Source: an uncultured delta proteobacterium
GTDB lineage: Bacteria > Myxococcota_A > Polyangia > Polyangiales > Polyangiaceae
Length of the DNA: 64,000 nt
NCBI GenBank assembly: GCA_963716725.1
Contig: CAVQUB010000034.1
Span: forward strand, 32,001-96,000
Direction of reading: 5' to 3'
The notes below the pieces were generated by a model that searched no databases, was not told the DNA's origin, and worked only from the letters and a program-made list of their open reading frames with translations. This document shows, piece after piece, positions 61,711 to 64,000 of the stretch. The position numbers were made by a program, and so were the translations under genes. Within the stretch, counting starts at the first letter, position 1. Each line of letters begins with the position of its first letter.

Positions 61711-61808
61711 GCTCAGTCATCTCTTCCAGGAAATCGGGGGAGCGGGCCGCTCCGGCCGCTCCACTCCGCCTTGACCTCCTGCCGCGCTCGGCCAACCATG
61801 CGGTCGGG

Positions 61809-62510
61809 ATGACGATGGGGCGAAGGCTTGCGTGCATGGTGCTCCTCTTGGCATCCACAGCGCGAGCCCAAGAGAGCGCGCCCACTCCATCGGCGCCGCC
61901 AACGTCAGCGACACCGACCACGCCCGCTCCGTCGGCGCCGCCACCGGCACTGACGACGCCCACCCCCGTTGCGCCGCCACCGGCACCGGCGACGCCCGCT
62001 CCGCCGGCGTCACCCCCAGCGCAAGCATATCCGTACGCGTATCCACCGTATCCGTATCCCTATCCCTATCCCTACGGCTACATGCCGCCACCCCCTGCAC
62101 AACTGCCGTATCAAGCGGGCGACCGTATCCCGCCCGGCTACCACACCGAATCGCGAGTGCGCCGCGGGCCCATCATTGTCGGGGCCACCATGGGAGGCAC
62201 CACCTACTTGATCAACCTACTGGTCGCCGGGATCGCAGGGCGCGGCAACGACGACGGTGGTCGGATCACCATGCTCTACATCCCGGGGATCGGGACCTGG
62301 GGTTACGTCGGTCAGGCTTGCGACTCGGATGGAAACGACGGCTGCTCGTTCTTGGTGCTGCATTCCGCCGCGCACACCGTGGGCGTGGCGCTCTTCCTGT
62401 ACGGCTTTGCAGCGCCCAGGACCGTGTTGGTGCGCAACGACGTCAGCTGGGCGGTGGTCCCCCAGATCGCGAAATCGAACGGTGGCTTGAGCCTGATCGG
62501 GCAATTCTGA
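61809..62510 (+). CDS. Secreted/outer-membrane-type protein with Pro-rich and (YP)n region
   Basis: Signal peptide, YPYPYPYPY, hydrophobic helices, C-terminal GLSLIGQF. Confidence 0.7.
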   Translation: MTMGRRLACMVLLLASTARAQESAPTPSAPPTSATPTTPAPSAPPPALTTPTPVAPPPAPATPAPPASPPAQAYPYAYPPYPYPYPYPYGYMPPPPAQLPYQAGDRIPPGYHTESRVRRGPIIVGATMGGTTYLINLLVAGIAGRGNDDGGRITMLYIPGIGTWGYVGQACDSDGNDGCSFLVLHSAAHTVGVALFLYGFAAPRTVLVRNDVSWAVVPQIAKSNGGLSLIGQF

Positions 62511-62571
62511 GACCAAGAGGGGTCGACGGGCGTCACTTCGTCGCTTGGAATCGCGCGCTGGTCGCCCGGGG

Positions 62572-63366
62572 CTATTGGCAGACAAGGTACTGCGTGAAGC
62601 CCGAGATCGGCTTGCACGAGTAGCCGGACGAGCACGCGCTCGGCGAGCTTCCGCAGATGATTTCGTCTTTGTCGCACTGACCCGGGGAGCGGCAGCTCGT
62701 GTAATCGAGTTTCCCGACGAAGAAGTCGGCGCAACAGATCTGACCGCCGGAGCAATCCTCCGGGCCGTCGCAGCGGATCTCGACGTCCGGGCAATCCGCG
62801 GACGTGGATTGGCAGCCGGTGGCCGGGGAACCCGCGCAGCACTTCGATCCGGGAACCGAACACGACGCATTGCCGCAGGCGATAGTGCCGCCCGTCGCGC
62901 CGCCGGTGCCGCCCGTCGCGCCGCCGGTGCCGCCCGTGCCGCCGTTGCCGCCGCTGCCGCCGCTGCCGCCGCTGCCGCCGTTGCCGCCGCTGCCGCCGCT
63001 GCCGCCGCTGCCGCCGGTGCCGCCCTTGCCACCGCTAGCGCCGAAGCCACCGAAGCCACCGAAGCCACCAAAGCCGCCGCTAGCGCCAAAGCCACCGAAG
63101 CCACCAAAGCCGCCAATGCCGCCAATGCCGGAGTCGCCACCGGCGCCGGCCGCAGATCCGCCGCTCCCCCCGGAGGCCCCGGCGCTCCCGCCCGCGCTGC
63201 CCGCGGCGCCGCCGGTCGCCGCCGCTTTGCCGATCACGCAGCGGTCGGTCATGGGATCGCAGGTCCAGCCCTCAGCGCAGGGACAGGCCTTGCCGGTGAG
63301 ATCGACCTCCCCGACCGTGCAGCCGAACGCCAGACTGAACGACAGCCACGCCAACCCGGTGCGCAT
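62572..63366 (-). CDS. Lipoprotein with (GGF/GGS/GGT)n linker between Cys-rich domains
   Basis: LAFGC lipobox, GKACPC, CDGPEDC..GQICC. Confidence 0.8.
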   Translation of the reverse strand: MRTGLAWLSFSLAFGCTVGEVDLTGKACPCAEGWTCDPMTDRCVIGKAAATGGAAGSAGGSAGASGGSGGSAAGAGGDSGIGGIGGFGGFGGFGASGGFGGFGGFGGFGASGGKGGTGGSGGSGGSGGNGGSGGSGGSGGNGGTGGTGGATGGTGGATGGTIACGNASCSVPGSKCCAGSPATGCQSTSADCPDVEIRCDGPEDCSGGQICCADFFVGKLDYTSCRSPGQCDKDEIICGSSPSACSSGYSCKPISGFTQYLVCQ

Positions 63367-63622
63367 GGGCCAAGCCTATACGATCCCTGCGCTGAGGCGA
63401 GCGAGAGGTGAAAATCACTTCGCCTATTCGTAGGCCCCAAGGTCCCACCCTGACGTTTGAGTAGCGGATGGACTGGATCGAGCAGCGGTTCGAGCTCGTC
63501 GAACGAGTCCGTTTCTGTTGGAGCCAGCTGGGCGCAAAGAGGGTTCGCCACCAGCAACGGTTGCCAGGCTGCGACAACTTGCCACGTTGCGTGTTCGCGC
63601 TCCAAGCACCAGATCGCCATGC

Positions 63623-64000
63623 ATGGCTCTACCTCTCATGCGCGCCGTGGGTGGCTTTGCAATCCCACTGGCGCTTGCCGCTGCCTGCTCCGGCGCCGAT
63701 GCTCCCGCGACTTCGAATGCTTCCCGAGGCGAGCTGATCTTTCGGCGAGATTGCGCAGCGTGCCACTCGCTGGGACACGGCGACCGGCGGCGCGCTCCAG
63801 ATCTGATGGATGTGCAACTGCGGCGGCAAACGCAGTGGCTGACGCAGTGGCTCACGGACCCGGCAGCGGTTGCCCAGAAGAACCCCTACGCTCAGCAGCT
63901 GGTGGCCAAGTGGGGCGACGTGGTCATGCCCAACCCCCAGCTGAACGCAGGCGAAATTGCTGACGTGTTGGAGTTCATTGCTCGCCAGAGCGCCACGGGA
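63623..64000 (+). CDS. c-type cytochrome lipoprotein; runs off the window edge
   Basis: Manual translation: LALAAAC lipobox, GELIFRRDCAACH (CxxCH), APDL, WL..P, MPNP. Confidence 0.85.
   Translation, partial: MALPLMRAVGGFAIPLALAAACSGADAPATSNASRGELIFRRDCAACHSLGHGDRRRAPDLMDVQLRRQTQWLTQWLTDPAAVAQKNPYAQQLVAKWGDVVMPNPQLNAGEIADVLEFIARQSATG

Noticed and set aside
63457..63963. ORF-track calls at the right end (63457..63963, 63468..63737, 63424..63855)
   Set aside because: The real gene is the CxxCH cytochrome c in another + frame from 63623, missed by the track because it has no stop within the window.

Overview
High-GC bacterial DNA. The gene content (Ser/Thr kinases, FHA and PilZ proteins, many Gly-rich/Cys-rich lipoproteins) suggests a myxobacterium of the Polyangiaceae/Sorangiineae type; this is inferred from content, not from a marker gene. 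About 1-49.5 kb is mostly core or conserved. It holds a minus-strand operon (coiled-coil membrane protein, MoxR AAA+, DUF58, BatA/VWA, VWA protein, divergent RlmN-like radical SAM enzyme) behind a sigmaE-type ECF promoter, and a response regulator with a long histone-H1-like Lys/Pro/Ala tail preceded by a strongly structured ~200-nt intergenic element. It also holds an MBL hydrolase, a DinG helicase, a PpiD-like PPIase, an M16 peptidase, ilvE, a pal-tolQRAB cluster, mfd, a kinase/FHA module, tdk, a sugar ABC transporter with a fused binding-protein/permease, aroC, an acyl-CoA dehydrogenase and two nucleotidyltransferase/small-protein pairs. About 49.7-64 kb is accessory: small lipoproteins, stacked IS91-like and IS481-like remnants, a run of secreted Gly-linker/Cys-rich or beta-propeller lipoproteins (two with clean sigma54 promoters), and the start of a lipoprotein cytochrome c. 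Clustered single-base indels in DUF58, moxR and the malG-like gene look like sequencing errors. No tRNA, rRNA or CRISPR array was seen. The best novelty candidates are the structured RNA plus REC-H1-tail locus (11.2-12.5 kb), the RlmN variant coupled to the MoxR/VWA operon, and recurrent apparently leaderless promoters.
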